A stretch of 63,420 nt of DNA, filler included, from Pelomyxa schiedti (taxonomy: Eukaryota > Protista > Evosea): NCBI GenBank assembly GCA_020536535.1. It is 9 parts of 9 records of this genome, joined end to end, with 100 filler letters (N's around TTAATTAATTAA, not from the genome) between each part and the next. Parts side by side here need not be neighbours in the genome. Positions count along the whole stretch, not along the records: positions 1 to 13,667 come from JAHLWZ010001188.1; positions 13,768 to 38,713 come from JAHLWZ010001051.1; 7 more parts are not named here. One strand, given 5' to 3'. The position numbers were made by a program, and so were the translations under genes. Below, piece after piece: positions 13,042 through 25,102 of this stretch. How positions within the stretch are numbered: position 1 is the first letter of the stretch; each line of letters starts with the position of its first letter. Below the pieces are notes generated by a model. That model saw nothing but the letters and a program-made list of their open reading frames with translations. It had not been told where the DNA came from and did no database searches.

Positions 13042-13168
13042 GCTACAAACGAGGCTGGGCGGACCTGAAACATTTCTTTTGTATGTCCAGAAAAAAGACA
13101 AAAATCACAACTGTATGTTGTAAAATTTCGTCTCCCTGGCCGCTCCTCCAAAGTTTTCGTGTAGACCA

Positions 13169-13667
13169 TCAGTAGTGTAGCTTGGCCCACAACATTGTGT
13201 CAGGGCCAGGATGAAATGATCCAGAGTTATCGAACCAGTGGCAGTGCTCACGAATCTCAGCAACAGTGAATCCCAAAGTATGGAGGGCGTGCTCAATGTG
13301 CCATGGTGACGAGATAACTGTGCTCAGGAATGATTCTCGGACAATGTCGGGTGTGATCTCTGGGAAACACCTCAGCAGCATCATCCATGCTGAGAACTTG
13401 ATTGGACACAACCCAAACTCAGAATGATCCCTCCTTACCATTTGCATCACCTTTTTTTTTTTTTCTTAGTGAGTAAATGAGGAAACTGTTTTATTACACT
13501 CACCTCATGCAATGTGATGTCAAAGGTTCTGATCAACCACTCTGCACAACTCACCTTGTTTCCTTTTATCAACTTGTGCAGCAACGTGTTGTTGTTGACC
13601 TTCACTTGGTGGGCAGACAGGCCGTAATGACCAATCAACCACCTCACAACTTTGCTTGAACTCAGTT
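13169..13667 (-). CDS. 3' end of an apparently intact ankyrin-like expanded-family gene (truncated by contig end)
   Basis: RWLIGHYGLS..CAEWLIRTFDITLHE, then a GTGAGT...AAAG intron (~13451-13504), then VMQMVRRD..WMMLLRCFPEIT..SSPWHIEHALHTLG to the stop at 13169. No disablements were seen. Confidence 0.7.
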
Positions 13668-13767
13668 NNNNNNNNNNNNNNNNNNNNNNNNNNNNNNNNN
13701 NNNNNNNNNNNTTAATTAATTAANNNNNNNNNNNNNNNNNNNNNNNNNNNNNNNNNNNNNNNNNNNN
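13668..13767. other. Artificial contig-joining spacer
   Basis: 44 N + TTAATTAATTAA (stop in all six frames) + 44 N. Confidence 0.97.
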
Positions 13768-13939
13768 GTTTTATTGGTACAACCAATAACACACAGAGCA
13801 CATGCATTGTGAGGGGACAACAATGGCCAGACACGTTACAAAATTGTACAAAGTGGGGAAGCTCTGCTGGCCAGCAATACCCTCATCATCACAAGGATAA
13901 CAGTGTATCGGCCCTTGTGCCCTATGTAATAGGTACTGG

Positions 13940-16900
13940 TCAGTGCTTGTTGTGTTTGGAGGAGGTAGGCGTGCTGGGTGTGGGGGATGGTGATGGCGAT
14001 GGCGATTGTGATTGGGCGATGAGGTCAGTGGGGAGTTGTGATGATGAGTGCCTCTCGTGCCTCAGGGAGTGGTGCATGCCCTTGCTGCTGTGTGAGTGCC
14101 GGTGGGTGGGTCTGTTCTCCACTGTGTTGGTTGCTGGTGATGTGGGTGTTGCCAGTGTTGGAATGCGGAATTGTGATTGTGGTTGTTGAACCGGTTGTTC
14201 TTGTGGGGGATTGGGAGTGGATTGTGGTGTCTGTGGTTGGTTAGGGGTTGGTGTTTGTGCATTCCCGGTTGTTGTTGTTTGTGCTGGGGTGGTTTGTGTT
14301 GATGTGGGTTGTTGAGTGGTGAGCCCCCCTACTGAAGGGGACCTGTGCCGGAGTGTTGGCTTTGAGTTCCGGGGTGTTGATGGGGTAGTGAAGGTGCTGG
14401 TGGTGGTGTAGCTGTCCGTGGATGTGGGTGTTGGTGTGGTTGTGGTTGTTCCGGGCGGCTTTGCGGGGGATGGAGACTGTGATATTTGGACTGTGGATTC
14501 TATTGACATTTTGGATGTGAGTGGTGTTGAGGGCGTTTGTTGCTGCTGCTGTTGCTGTTGCCGCGGAGTTCCTGGTGGTGCTGGTGAGCCGCCTCGTTTG
14601 CGGGGTGAATCGGGCTGCGGGAGTTTGGCTTGAGGAATTGTGAATGTGGGGAGAGGTGATGAGGACGAAGTGGTTAGTGCTCCTCCTGGCCGGGCTTCGG
14701 AAGGTGGTCTGTTTGGTGGTGTGCCGGGACATGCATTCATGTTGAGTTGTGATGCCCGGGGTGTTGAGACGCTCTCCCGTAGGTTTCCGCTGAATTCTCG
14801 GAAGAGGTTGTCTCTTAGTGAGGCACTTTCTCTCAGTGTAAGTGATTTTGTCCTCTCGTGACGTCTATTAGGGCTGAAACCAAGTTGGTAAAATGAAGAA
14901 GAGTGGGAATATAACCTGGGCTTCTGAGTCAGAGCGGTTGTGTCTGCTGGGAGCCTTTGAATCGGAAGGTTGGGAATCCGTGATAGTGCCATCTGAAATG
15001 CTGCAGCCAAGTCGGCGGCAGTAACACTACTACAAGGAGTGGTAAAAAAAAAAAAAGTACTACCGCAAGCTTATTATACCTTGGGTCGGCTGCTGGTTGC
15101 ACATTCCCGAGCGCCATTTTGAACCTGTTATATCTGAGAAAAATATATAATCTAAGGGGAATAACATTTGCAATTCTCTTGCCATTGCTTTTTCTTTTTC
15201 AAGATGTTCCTGTAACTTAACGTTGTTAATAAGTGAGTGATCTACACAAACTAAATGAAGGAAATTACTTACAGCTGTTTCCATAAGGCCGGAAGCCAAT
15301 TGAGTCTGCTTTTTTGCTTGTTTTAGTTCCCCTTTAAGCTTGGAAGTTTTTTTTTGCTCTTCCTGGAGTTGATCTTTGCATCGTTGAAACTCCTCCTGAA
15401 GCTGAAAACCATATAAATTGGAAATGTAGCGCGGTGTAGGAGGATGAAAGGAAACCTGGGCAAGAGACTGTTGTGCACCCTCTTTTTCAGTCTTCAGCCG
15501 GCTGGCTTCCTCTAATTTGGATTTCTTCCAACGGGTTAGGAGGGTATGTCAAAAGGAAATGATTTGCAAACCAAGGAAGTATTTTCCTTCTGAAGTTGCT
15601 GTGCTAATTCTTCAGACGCCTGGGCTTTCTTAGAATTTGATTTGGCACGCGCTTTATATTTGCTGGCCTTCTCTTTCCATTCTTCAAGGTCGACATTTTG
15701 CACGGAAAGAAGCTCTTGAACCTGGAAGCAGAAATTGATAAGCAAGGTGAATTTGGATGTAAAATCGTACTTCGTCAAGTTGCGTATTTAGTCTGGACAT
15801 CTGTTGAAATAAGACATCCTTTTGCCTGGTTATTTCCTCTAATGGTTCTTGCTTTCTTCTGGAAAAATCCTCAACTTGCAAGGCTAATTTCTTGTTCTCT
15901 TCCAGTAGCTTTTCCTTTTGAGTGGCGAACTCCTCCATTGATTTTGTGTGCTCCTCGTTCTGCCGGGATATGTCCTCTTTCTGCTTTGAGATTTCTTCAA
16001 GTTGTTGTGCCAACTCTTTGTTCTGTTTGAATAAGCCCTCGTTGTGCCGTACAAGTTCTTCGTTGTGAGTGGAGAGGGCAACTTTTTGAGCATAGATATC
16101 TTCTTTTTCTTTCTTCAATTCATTTATACGATCCAGTTGTTCCTTGTTGAATTGCAGTGCCTCCTGGAAAATGAGTAATATAATAGAACATGTTGAGATG
16201 GAAAATACATCATTGAACGCGGAAGTGGGTAAAGGAGAACTCGTTTTTCGAGGAGAATCGGGAGGAATAGGAATGGGCTTATCTTCAGGTAGAGTAGGTG
16301 AGGCATTGGGCTGTGAGGCCAGCTGAGAATTGAATGATGCAGTTCCATCCTAAAAGAAAAGGAAATTCTTGAATTTTGATACTTGAGGAAATTAACACAC
16401 TTTTGAACACGATTGTACCAGAGGCACAATTGGAATTGAACTGCTAGTTGCATTCCTTCTGGTGTGATGGCCATGATGATGTGAGTGTGGCCGTGTCGAA
16501 CTTATTGTTGCATATTGCGGCCCTTCCCTGTGTAGTTTTAACGGATTTTCAGGAAAGAAACAGTTGCATACAACCAACCATGAACAGATCTTGGTCTTAC
16601 CTGTGTACCATTTAGATTAGCGATTGCACATATGTTTTACCAGGCGATCGGCATCGATACTGCTACTACCACCGCTGCGAACACTGGCACAGGAGTCTTC
16701 TGAAGCTTCACTTCCAGGTACACTTGATATATCAGATACACTGTGCGTTTTCTGCATAAAGGGTTCATATTGTGATTCAGAATAGTAACATACATGATCC
16801 AAAGGGGAGTACGTTGGCATGCCTATTTCAGAAGAAACTGACTGCCGTCTATGCCGATTCTCTGAAGAGGTTAAGTGGTATTTTGCGTGGGAGTGATCAA

Positions 16901-19900
16901 TACCTCGATAATCTACAGAATCCTCTCTACCAAAGATAGAATTCGTGATTTCACTCTAGAGGAAGGGTGGATAAAGGTAATTATTATTGATTAACACACC
17001 AAAATATCAGGCGGAGAGCCAGAAAATGCGGACTGGCAATCTGCAGGGGATGAAGTGTTGGAAGCGCGTGTACTGTGGATTATATGTTCTGCATTATCAC
17101 ACTTTTCCTCTAGGCTTTGCTTCCACTGTTCAAAACATCCTTTGGAGAATGAAAACAACAAAAAAAAAAAGACACGCACTTTCATGTTTAGCATGAAGTA
17201 CAGCCATTTCTGGTGGTATCAGTTTCCGGTGGACTTGAATTGCATCGAAAATAGCATGTTTTTGAGAATGTAAATGTTTCTGTAGTGGATTTAAGACTGA
17301 GAGTTCTAGCAAGTAATGCAATAACCATTAACTTTACAACAAGTAACTGTTGGGAGGGGTTGTTTTCAATGAACTCGCGACTCAAAAATGCACTCATGTA
17401 GTGTTTTACGCCACCACTCACAGCGGCATCCACAACACCTATAAAACGTCATGGAAGTATGGGACATAGTACGAGTTGTACCAGAAATGGACATGGACAG
17501 TGAATTAATAGACTGCGGAGTGGGTTTCAAATTGGCATTTTCTGCTTTCCGCTGGATATCTCGTGTTTTCGCTTTAAGTGTGTCACAAGCATTTTCAAGA
17601 GGACATTTCAATATCTTTTTCTTATTAGAACATAATTATTTTCGAAGGTTGTGAGACCTCTTTCTCTTTTATTATCTCTTGGCGCCTGGTAAGTCCAGGA
17701 AAAGACTGTCCTGTAACAAGGTATGTCTGTGATATCCAAAGTTTCTGCAGAAAGTAACTGAGAGGTTATGAAGAAAAATATCTCACACTAAATTTCTCTT
17801 CCTCGCTAAGAGGTGTCCCAGGCACCACATCCTTCATGAAGGGCTTAGTGTACACAAACACTTTCAAATTCAGTTGGTTGTAGAAAGCACGAGATTTTGG
17901 TGGTGCTACAGAAAATTAGAACACAAATTTATGCAAGCTAACAACCATCTTCAGGTATGTGTGGCGGGTGGTATGGGAGGTCTAGAGTATTTGCCAATGC
18001 AGGGGTCAAGATAACTGGGTCACATGCATGAACATATATACCTGTAAGAAATGGCTGTGATAAACAAAATGAACTCAACTAATAGTCTCATACATTCACC
18101 CTCCCGTTCGGCTGTGTGGGTGTATATTATCTTTGCTTTGTCAAACCGTAATTGGAGTTTCTTGACAAAAGTGAGGATCCTTTCTCCTTCATCCCCTCTC
18201 GCAATGAATTTCTTATTCTTTTTTTAAAGAGAGACTTAGTTAGCTGCCAACAACAAATTGTTGCAGAAAACCTCCACATTCTTTCCAAAAAAATCGCATT
18301 TTCCGGTGAAGTCTAATTTGAAATTAAATATACAGAAACGACAGAAAATTACGAACCTACGAAAAAATATTGTTCAAAAAGTCTGTCATGTGTTTGCAAG
18401 TATTTGCTGTACGTTTCCTTCAGAGTCTATTGAATTGTGAATTAAGGTGCTTCTCAAACGGAAAATAACCATAAGCCCAGCTAATTTTGCTTCCAACTTC
18501 AGTGTGGCAGCATTACCAGAAAAATGAATGTTTGATACTTTGACTAGTAGAGATGGAAGGGGTGACTTCGGGGAAACTACTGACGATGCCCGTGTAGGGG
18601 GATCTCCCTCCTTTCCTTCGGATGCCTTTGAAGAAGGCAATCCTTTAGAAAGTTGAACTCTCAGAACCTCCATATGCTCAAGGGCCCATTCCCAGTACTT
18701 TCCTTCACCAAAATGTGTCATAGCAGATCTTAATATCTGCTCCTGGAACAGTGTGACTTTGAGTTTGTTTTGACACAGGAAGGACCTTGATATTTTGTTC
18801 TGGGCCGCCGCCGGGCGTTTCAAGTCTATCTTCCCAAGTATACAATTTAGACTTTTCTAATAAACACAACCCAGCTTCAATGTGAGCCTTCAGGGTTGCA
18901 TACATCTTGTACAGGTTGTCCAGCTTTTCCGTGTATTTTTGGACATTGTTGGTGTACTTAAAGTATTCCTTTACACGGAAATTAAAATAAGAGTAGTAAG
19001 GAACTAACCTTGCCATTAGTTTAAGCAAATAATCTGCTTTATCATGCTCAAACTCAGGAGTTGGCAATATGAGAGACTCTACAACTTCGACGTCTTTAAG
19101 GCAAGACCCATTAAAATGTTCTGTAAAAAGAACTTAGAAGCTTCTAAGTTACTGTGTTTACAGGAAGCAAACTTTGTTGGAAGTACAACTGCCTCCATGT
19201 AAGTTCTTTTAAAACGGTTATAAGACGGGATGCAGCTGAGGAGGTTTTGCCCACCACAGTCTTCCTATTTCATCTTTTGTGACACAGTGCTCATCAACGT
19301 GAAAAAACCTTACCACAAAGTCTGGTCTATGCTAGTGTCTAAGCTTGCAAGTCTTAATACAGTGCATGTAGAGGCCATTGCCATAACCTCAGGAAACGCC
19401 AAGAACGATATAATCTTTGAATTATTCCTTAGGCCAAAATTGTGCACCCAACCGCATGTTTGTAGCCACCACAGCAATAATAATATTATTCTGCCATACC
19501 ATGCCACGCCACCACAATACATCATACACACATACAAGCACCACCATAAAGCACACCTTAACCAAAGCCGCGTAAGGCAGGTCAATAAGCTCGGGGTCCT
19601 CCTTCACACCACAACCCACTCCTCCTCCTCCTCCTCCTCGTCCCATCAATGACGATGATGATGACGATGGGGAGGAACCAGGCCTAGGTGTGGTGCCCGC
19701 GAACGTGGGCGATGACACCAGCGCCCCCCCAGGGCCAGGGACAGGCCGGGGCCGCCCCGTGGGGGGTGCTGATGGCGAGGGTGACGGCGAGGGAGAGGGG
19801 GAGGGGGACGGGGGCGGGGGCGGGACGGGCCTGGTGAACACCCCGCGGACGCCGCCCCCCACCTTGGCTGCCACCGACACGCCGGGCCGCGGGGAACCCG

Positions 19901-20153
19901 TTGGGTGGCCCACCCCGGGGGTGGGGGCGGGTGGCGGCGGCGGCGCGGGGGGCGGCGGAGGGGGCTTGTTTGGGGGCGGGGAGCTCGTGGGCGGCGTGGA
20001 CGTGGACGCCGAGGGAGAGGGAGAGGAAGAGGAAGAGGAGGGGAGTGTGGATGTAGACGTGGATGATGGTGGTGATGACGAGGGCGAGGACGAGGGCGCT
20101 CGGTTTTTGTCGGCTGAGCCGCCTCCTGTTACTGCACCAACAAATGCCCTCAT
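13940..20153 (-). CDS. F-box + DOCK DHR-2 (DOCKER) Rho-family GEF + coiled coil + low-complexity tail
   Basis: The spliced F-box reads LIDLPYAALVK|IISFLAFPEVMAMASTC..DQTLW (19590-19313). DHR-2 motifs follow: KYTEKLDNLYKM..HIEAGLCLL..LYTW, AMTHFGEGKYWEWAL, FVYTKPF, SFPGLTRRQEI, PLENACDTL, NSLSMSISG..VDAAVSGGVKHYMSAF. Coiled-coil exons lie at 15060-16118 and the terminal ORF at 13940-15010. Continuity through the distal exons was traced by eye. Confidence 0.78.
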
Positions 20154-20785
20154 ATGAGTAGTAGTGCCTTGTGTCTTGTTGTTGCTGGGGGAGTGGGTGA
20201 CTGCACCACCGTGNNNNNNNNNNNNNNNNNNNNNNNNNNNNNNNNNNNNNNNNNNNNNNNNNNNNNNNNNNNNNNNNNNNNNNNNNNNNNNNNNNNNNNN
20301 NNNNNNNNNNNNNAGGGCGCTCGGTTTTTGTCGGCTGAGCCGCCTCCTGTTACTGCACCAACAAATGCCCTCATATGAGTAGTAGTGCCTTGTGTCTTGT
20401 TGTTGCTGGGGGAGTGGGTGACTGCACCACCGTGGGTTCTTGGGGCCTAACAACAAACCAACCCGAAAAAGTCGATCGTCGCTGCTCGCTTCGACTACAA
20501 AGGGAAAAAAAAAAAGAAGTGTTTCCTGGAAATCATTTCGGGATACCAGAGACTGAAGTGAAAGTTCACAGACCACATGTCGTTTTGTTGCTGATTGTAT
20601 CCCTCCGCACCACTACTCTCCACATATGACTGTCAATTACATTTGCACCTCCGAAGGTGAGTGCATAACCGCGCACAACTATGGTGAACTGCTACAGCAA
20701 CCGACGATCCAACTGCTCAAAACACTGCGATCACGACACTTACTTTGTGGCAAAGAAATACGGTTTTTCTGCTTACAAGTAATCA

Positions 20786-22075
20786 ATGGAAGGAAGACCA
20801 ACTATTACCCTGTTGGTGGGCGCACGAGCACAATTTGTTGCCCTGGCGTGCGCCACGATTGTGGGGCGGTGCGGTGTCTCGAGCCCAGCACGCGTTTTGG
20901 CCTGGACGCCCTCGGTTGTTTCTGAGCTCGGCCGGTCCTGGATCGCCGGCGCATCCCGAGTTATGGGATGCACCCTTCATCTTCCACCATCGCCCCACGA
21001 TCCCACATTCACAATCAAAATGGCCCATTTGTTCATTGGTGTGAGTGTGACACTGGGGGTGGTCTGGTGCAACTGCTGGGACAGAGGCGGTGGCACTGAC
21101 AACGGAATTGGGTCTGGGAGTGAAGATTCTCAAGGATTGGGGTCGCACTGCTGGTTTGGTGGCGTTGGTGCTGTGATTTCTGGAAACTCGGGGGATTTAG
21201 GAGACGACAGGTTTGTTGGGTTGAATGATGAGGCTGGTGGTGTTTGTTGCGTGATTGACAGACGTGGGAGGGTTCTAGCAAGGTTGGAGGGTAAGGTAGA
21301 CAAGGAGGCCTTTGCGGTAATTGCATGCAACAAGAAGTGGGTGGTAAGAGTGGAGACAGGTGAGTCCCCTTCGTTAATGCTGTGGAATGTGACGAGGGTG
21401 ATGACCCCGCGTTGTGGTGATCCACCTCCAGTGTGCAATGGTGTAAAGGTGGAAAGCATTGTACACATGAGGGGAATGGGTGCCAAGTTCCCTCGGTTCA
21501 ATGATCCTTGTGGTGATGAGCTTGCTTTGCTGGGGAGTGCAGAGGGCTCCATGTGCATTTCTTATGTAGACCTGCAAAAGAGCATTGACACTGGTGTGCC
21601 AGTTGTGACTAGGCGCCATTTGATCCCGCATCCCACCCCTGTCGACTTTCTGTGGGATTCACCTGACACCGTTGTTACAATGCATCAGACTGGAATGGGC
21701 TTCAATTTCTACAGCACCAAGACAGGCATTCTCCACAAGTTCCCCACAACAAAGTACAGGTTCACCGGCATGGTCCATCCAGCATACATAACAGCGAGGC
21801 TGACTAATGCGGAATGCAAAAGAGTGTACCAATCCACGGGTTCAATCGCAGAGATATTCAGGGGTTCAGCCCTTGAGAAGCCATGTTCAGTGATAGAGCG
21901 CCAGGAACCAGCTGCGAATTTGCCGGAAGTGTCCACCAACAGAAGCCTATTCGCAACACCAAACTCCAACATTGAGGGCACACTGGTGATTCCAGGTAAA
22001 TATCAGACCTCAGCGACCATCCACGACGCCATCACAGGCACTTCCCTCCTCGTCCTCACAGTCACCTGGTCTTGA
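20786..22075 (+). CDS. Intronless orphan-family protein (RxQFxAL...RCGxxSPA N-terminal motif; beta-rich C-terminal region)
   Basis: Clean 429-aa ATG-to-TGA ORF. It shares the N-terminal motif with four other loci here, and internal motifs (VVID.R, ACNxKW, xVDxxxS) with 61205-62284. Confidence 0.8.
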   Translation: MEGRPTITLLVGARAQFVALACATIVGRCGVSSPARVLAWTPSVVSELGRSWIAGASRVMGCTLHLPPSPHDPTFTIKMAHLFIGVSVTLGVVWCNCWDRGGGTDNGIGSGSEDSQGLGSHCWFGGVGAVISGNSGDLGDDRFVGLNDEAGGVCCVIDRRGRVLARLEGKVDKEAFAVIACNKKWVVRVETGESPSLMLWNVTRVMTPRCGDPPPVCNGVKVESIVHMRGMGAKFPRFNDPCGDELALLGSAEGSMCISYVDLQKSIDTGVPVVTRRHLIPHPTPVDFLWDSPDTVVTMHQTGMGFNFYSTKTGILHKFPTTKYRFTGMVHPAYITARLTNAECKRVYQSTGSIAEIFRGSALEKPCSVIERQEPAANLPEVSTNRSLFATPNSNIEGTLVIPGKYQTSATIHDAITGTSLLVLTVTWS

Positions 22076-22286
22076 GAAGTTCTTCAAGCCCCCAATTCCC
22101 TGTACAGAAATAAAAGCTCCTTTTTAGGTCATCTGATTCAGTTGTTGTGTCGAAACGTGGTGTCCGGTGCTCCTCCGCACCACAAGGATTGTGGGATCGC
22201 TAATACCTGTGAGGCAAAGAGAAACAACAGTCACCACTCGTTTTTTTTCCGAAATCAAAAAAAAACGAGTGGCAAAAGAACGTAAT

Positions 22287-24119
22287 TTATTCCTCATGCC
22301 CAGCACACACCCACCATTGAGCAATCTCAGAGTCACTTGTGTCCAGTGTTGATAGTGAATGCACTGTGCTCCATGTACATTGACATGCTCTTGCACATGC
22401 ACCTTAGCCTGAATAAGTAAAGGGTATTTGAGTTAATGGTTGTGTGTACCTGGTCTGGGTATAAGGTGATGCCGTAACTTGTTTCTGTCTGGGAAGCTGG
22501 TACGTAAGAAGAGATAGGTGACACCAGGCCCCCACTGGTTTGAAACAAAAGTTTCAATGTTCATATCACACTTTGTACAGCGTAAATTTGAGCAAGAACT
22601 GGTAGAAAATGAGGGTAGCTCCAATGCTGGAAAGGTATTTACCACATTCTCGAGGGGGTGGAAATTCCACAGGGAGAAGAACTTCCACCAATGCAGATTG
22701 GTTTACAGAACTGCCTGTAATGCAGTTAATTAAGATTAGGATGACAAGAGGAATTATCGTTCCTTGGGAGACAGGAATTGCATGTGTTTTCTGATGAAAG
22801 AGAAATAAATAAATAGCTTACAAAAATTTAAATACATACTGGAGTGGTACTTGCTAAATCCTTCCCATTCATCTGCAAAATACCATTTAAACAAGGGAAT
22901 TAGAATGAAAGGAGGAACCTTTATCCCCCAAGGTATCAGGACAGGTAGTTTTATGTGTGCCAGGGTGTGTGTTGTTATGCGCCCCTGTAACAGGTTCCTC
23001 ATCAAGCTCCCTGAGTAAATCATTTATTACATCCAGCTGTTGACTAGACCTATGTGCCCCCCCTCCTCCATCCTTTTGGTCCCCGTGTAGTAGTCTGCCG
23101 CTATCTCGCAGTTCATGAGTAGGTGTTTGTGACTGGACTCCTCCCACAGTACTGTCACCTGGAATCCCATGATGGTGATGATGGGTGTCACTTTGTTGCA
23201 GTTGCAGTTTTGACGTGCCTGTTTCCTGTACATTGGGGTGGTATTGGTTTACAACAAAGCCATGCTGCTGGCTGCTGTTGATGGTGCTGTTTGTGGTGTT
23301 GTTTGTGGCGTTGTTTGGTGTGTTGTGGCCCCGTCTCCTCTGTAGTGGGGAGGACCAAGGTGCCTCAGTGTGTACTGATGTGAAGTCAGTATTAGTAGTG
23401 GTGGTAGCAGCAGTAGCAGGAGGTGATGATGACAATGGGAAGTAAGAACCACAAGAGGAGTGAGATGGAGGCGGCCCAGTGTCACTCACACGCCTGCGGG
23501 GCTGCCGGTGTTGCTGCGGTGGCGATGATGACGGCGATAATGGGCTGTGGCTGTGATTCTGGTGGCTTACAGTGTTTGTAGTAGTGGTAGCAGGAGTAGA
23601 CTTAGAATTAGGATTAGTATTACTAGTTGTGGGGGGGGTGTTTGTGGTGTTGTCGGTGGTGACGGTGACGGTGTGGGTGAAAGTGGCGTGGGACCTGGTG
23701 TCCACGGGTGGGGGTGACAGCGACTGCGAGTGCGAGTGGCACCACCGCGTGGTGCTCGGCGGCGTTGGCTGCGATGGCGGCGACGTCATCCTCGCTACGT
23801 TGGCGGCGGCGGCGGCGTGGCCCTGGTGGTGCTGGTGGCGGCAACGCGTGGGAGACGAAAAGGCACCGCCGCCGCAGCCACCGCCGCCACCACCACCACC
23901 ACCCTGCGTCGCCATCGTCGTCTCCAGAGGGGGCGTTGGCGACGCGTACCACGGCGGCGGGGCTGCAGGGGCCACGCCCACGCCCGGGCCGCCGTTGTTG
24001 TTGCTGCTGCTGCCGCTGTTTCTGGTGTTGGTGGGGGGGATTGTGGGAGTGGTGGGCCGGCCCATCGCGTCGTCGATGTCCCAGTCGTGCCACGCCAGCG
24101 TGCCTGGTCGGTCCATCAT
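22287..24119 (-). CDS. CFAP418: Cilia/flagella-associated protein CFAP418 (C8orf37) homolog with long low-complexity N-terminal region
   Basis: The spliced C-terminal domain CKPICIGGSSSPCG..CSNLRCTKCDMNI..NQW..TYLFLRTSFPDRNKL..WWVCAGH matches the C8orf37 retinal-maintenance domain pattern (YLGGS..CDHLRC..CDF..DYLFFRNN.P..KL..WVCGKH). Confidence 0.82.
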
Positions 24120-24345
24120 CGCGTGGGTGGGTGTGGTCTCGTGGTCTCTCGCGGGCGGAACAGGCCTGATCCGATCGATTTGTTGTTGGGGTGTTTAGTG
24201 GAAGAAACTGTTTTCTCGTCGTTTGTTTTTGCTCAAGTTTCTTCTTTTATGTTGCGGGTTTTAGAAATAGCACACAGGCAGAATTGATTGTTGTGGTGGG
24301 TGTGTTGTTCGTTGATGGTGAGGGCTAGCGACCGCTTGAATGATT

Positions 24346-25102
24346 TCACAGGTGGGCATACAACCTGGTCCACTGTCGGGCTGTTTCGAGGGCCGCGGCC
24401 TCATTGGATTTCCATGCTGCGGCTACATTGTTATCCAAGGGATCCTCTGCACGGGGGAATGGGTAAGTACCGGTAAAACAAACAAAGCCAGCAAAAGAAT
24501 CAAAACAACCAAAAAGACCAAAAGAAAAAGAAAGGGGGAGAAGACGAACGGCAACACTTGTAACATACCAACGTTGGGTGCAGAGAGAAGTGCTTGGATT
24601 GATAGCAATGCTGTTCGGATTTGAAGAGCGGGGCTCCATGCCTGCTCTCCGGTTGGTTTAAGAACACTCAAACAAATGCGGCCCACTTTGTCAATGTTGG
24701 GGTGGTAGATCTGCGTGATATCAATGAGACAGTTTAAGGTGCATTGTGTAAATATATACTTTTGTTAAGAAACGGATCTTGGGAGGAACAAGAGGGTACT
24801 CATCGGGAGCAAACACCTCCAATTTGAAAAGCCCTCCTTCAGGAAGTAAATTGAATTTGTACACAATATTAAAGTACAAACCTTGGTAGGGAGAGTCTTG
24901 TGGACCGGCGAGAACGACTGAATCACGATTAATTAAATCGAAGTGGAGAAATAAGTGGTGTATGTACCATCAAAATAGCGGATGTTCTCTGGGTGCTGCG
25001 CGACAGAGACGCCAGGTACTGTTACAAGGAGTCAGTTTCGACAGTGTGGAAAAAGGCGAGATTGAAACCTGGGTCAGTCTTGAATCGCTCTGACTCCTTC
25101 AT
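24346..25102 (-). CDS. UBE2N: Ubiquitin-conjugating enzyme Ubc13/UBE2N-like (5' end uncertain)
   Basis: Spliced protein: [105 protein letters not shown], collinear with Ubc13. The catalytic Cys and the HPN motif are intact. Confidence 0.88.

Noticed and set aside
13712-13723. Recurrent palindromic TTAATTAATTAA (8 occurrences) as a biological motif
   Set aside because: It is always centred in exactly 44 N + 44 N. It is a six-frame-stop linker added when contigs were concatenated, so synteny across these points is meaningless.
20094-20433. 120-bp direct duplication in the F-box/DOCK 5' region
   Set aside because: Identical copies sit immediately either side of a 100-N gap, i.e. an unmerged contig overlap.
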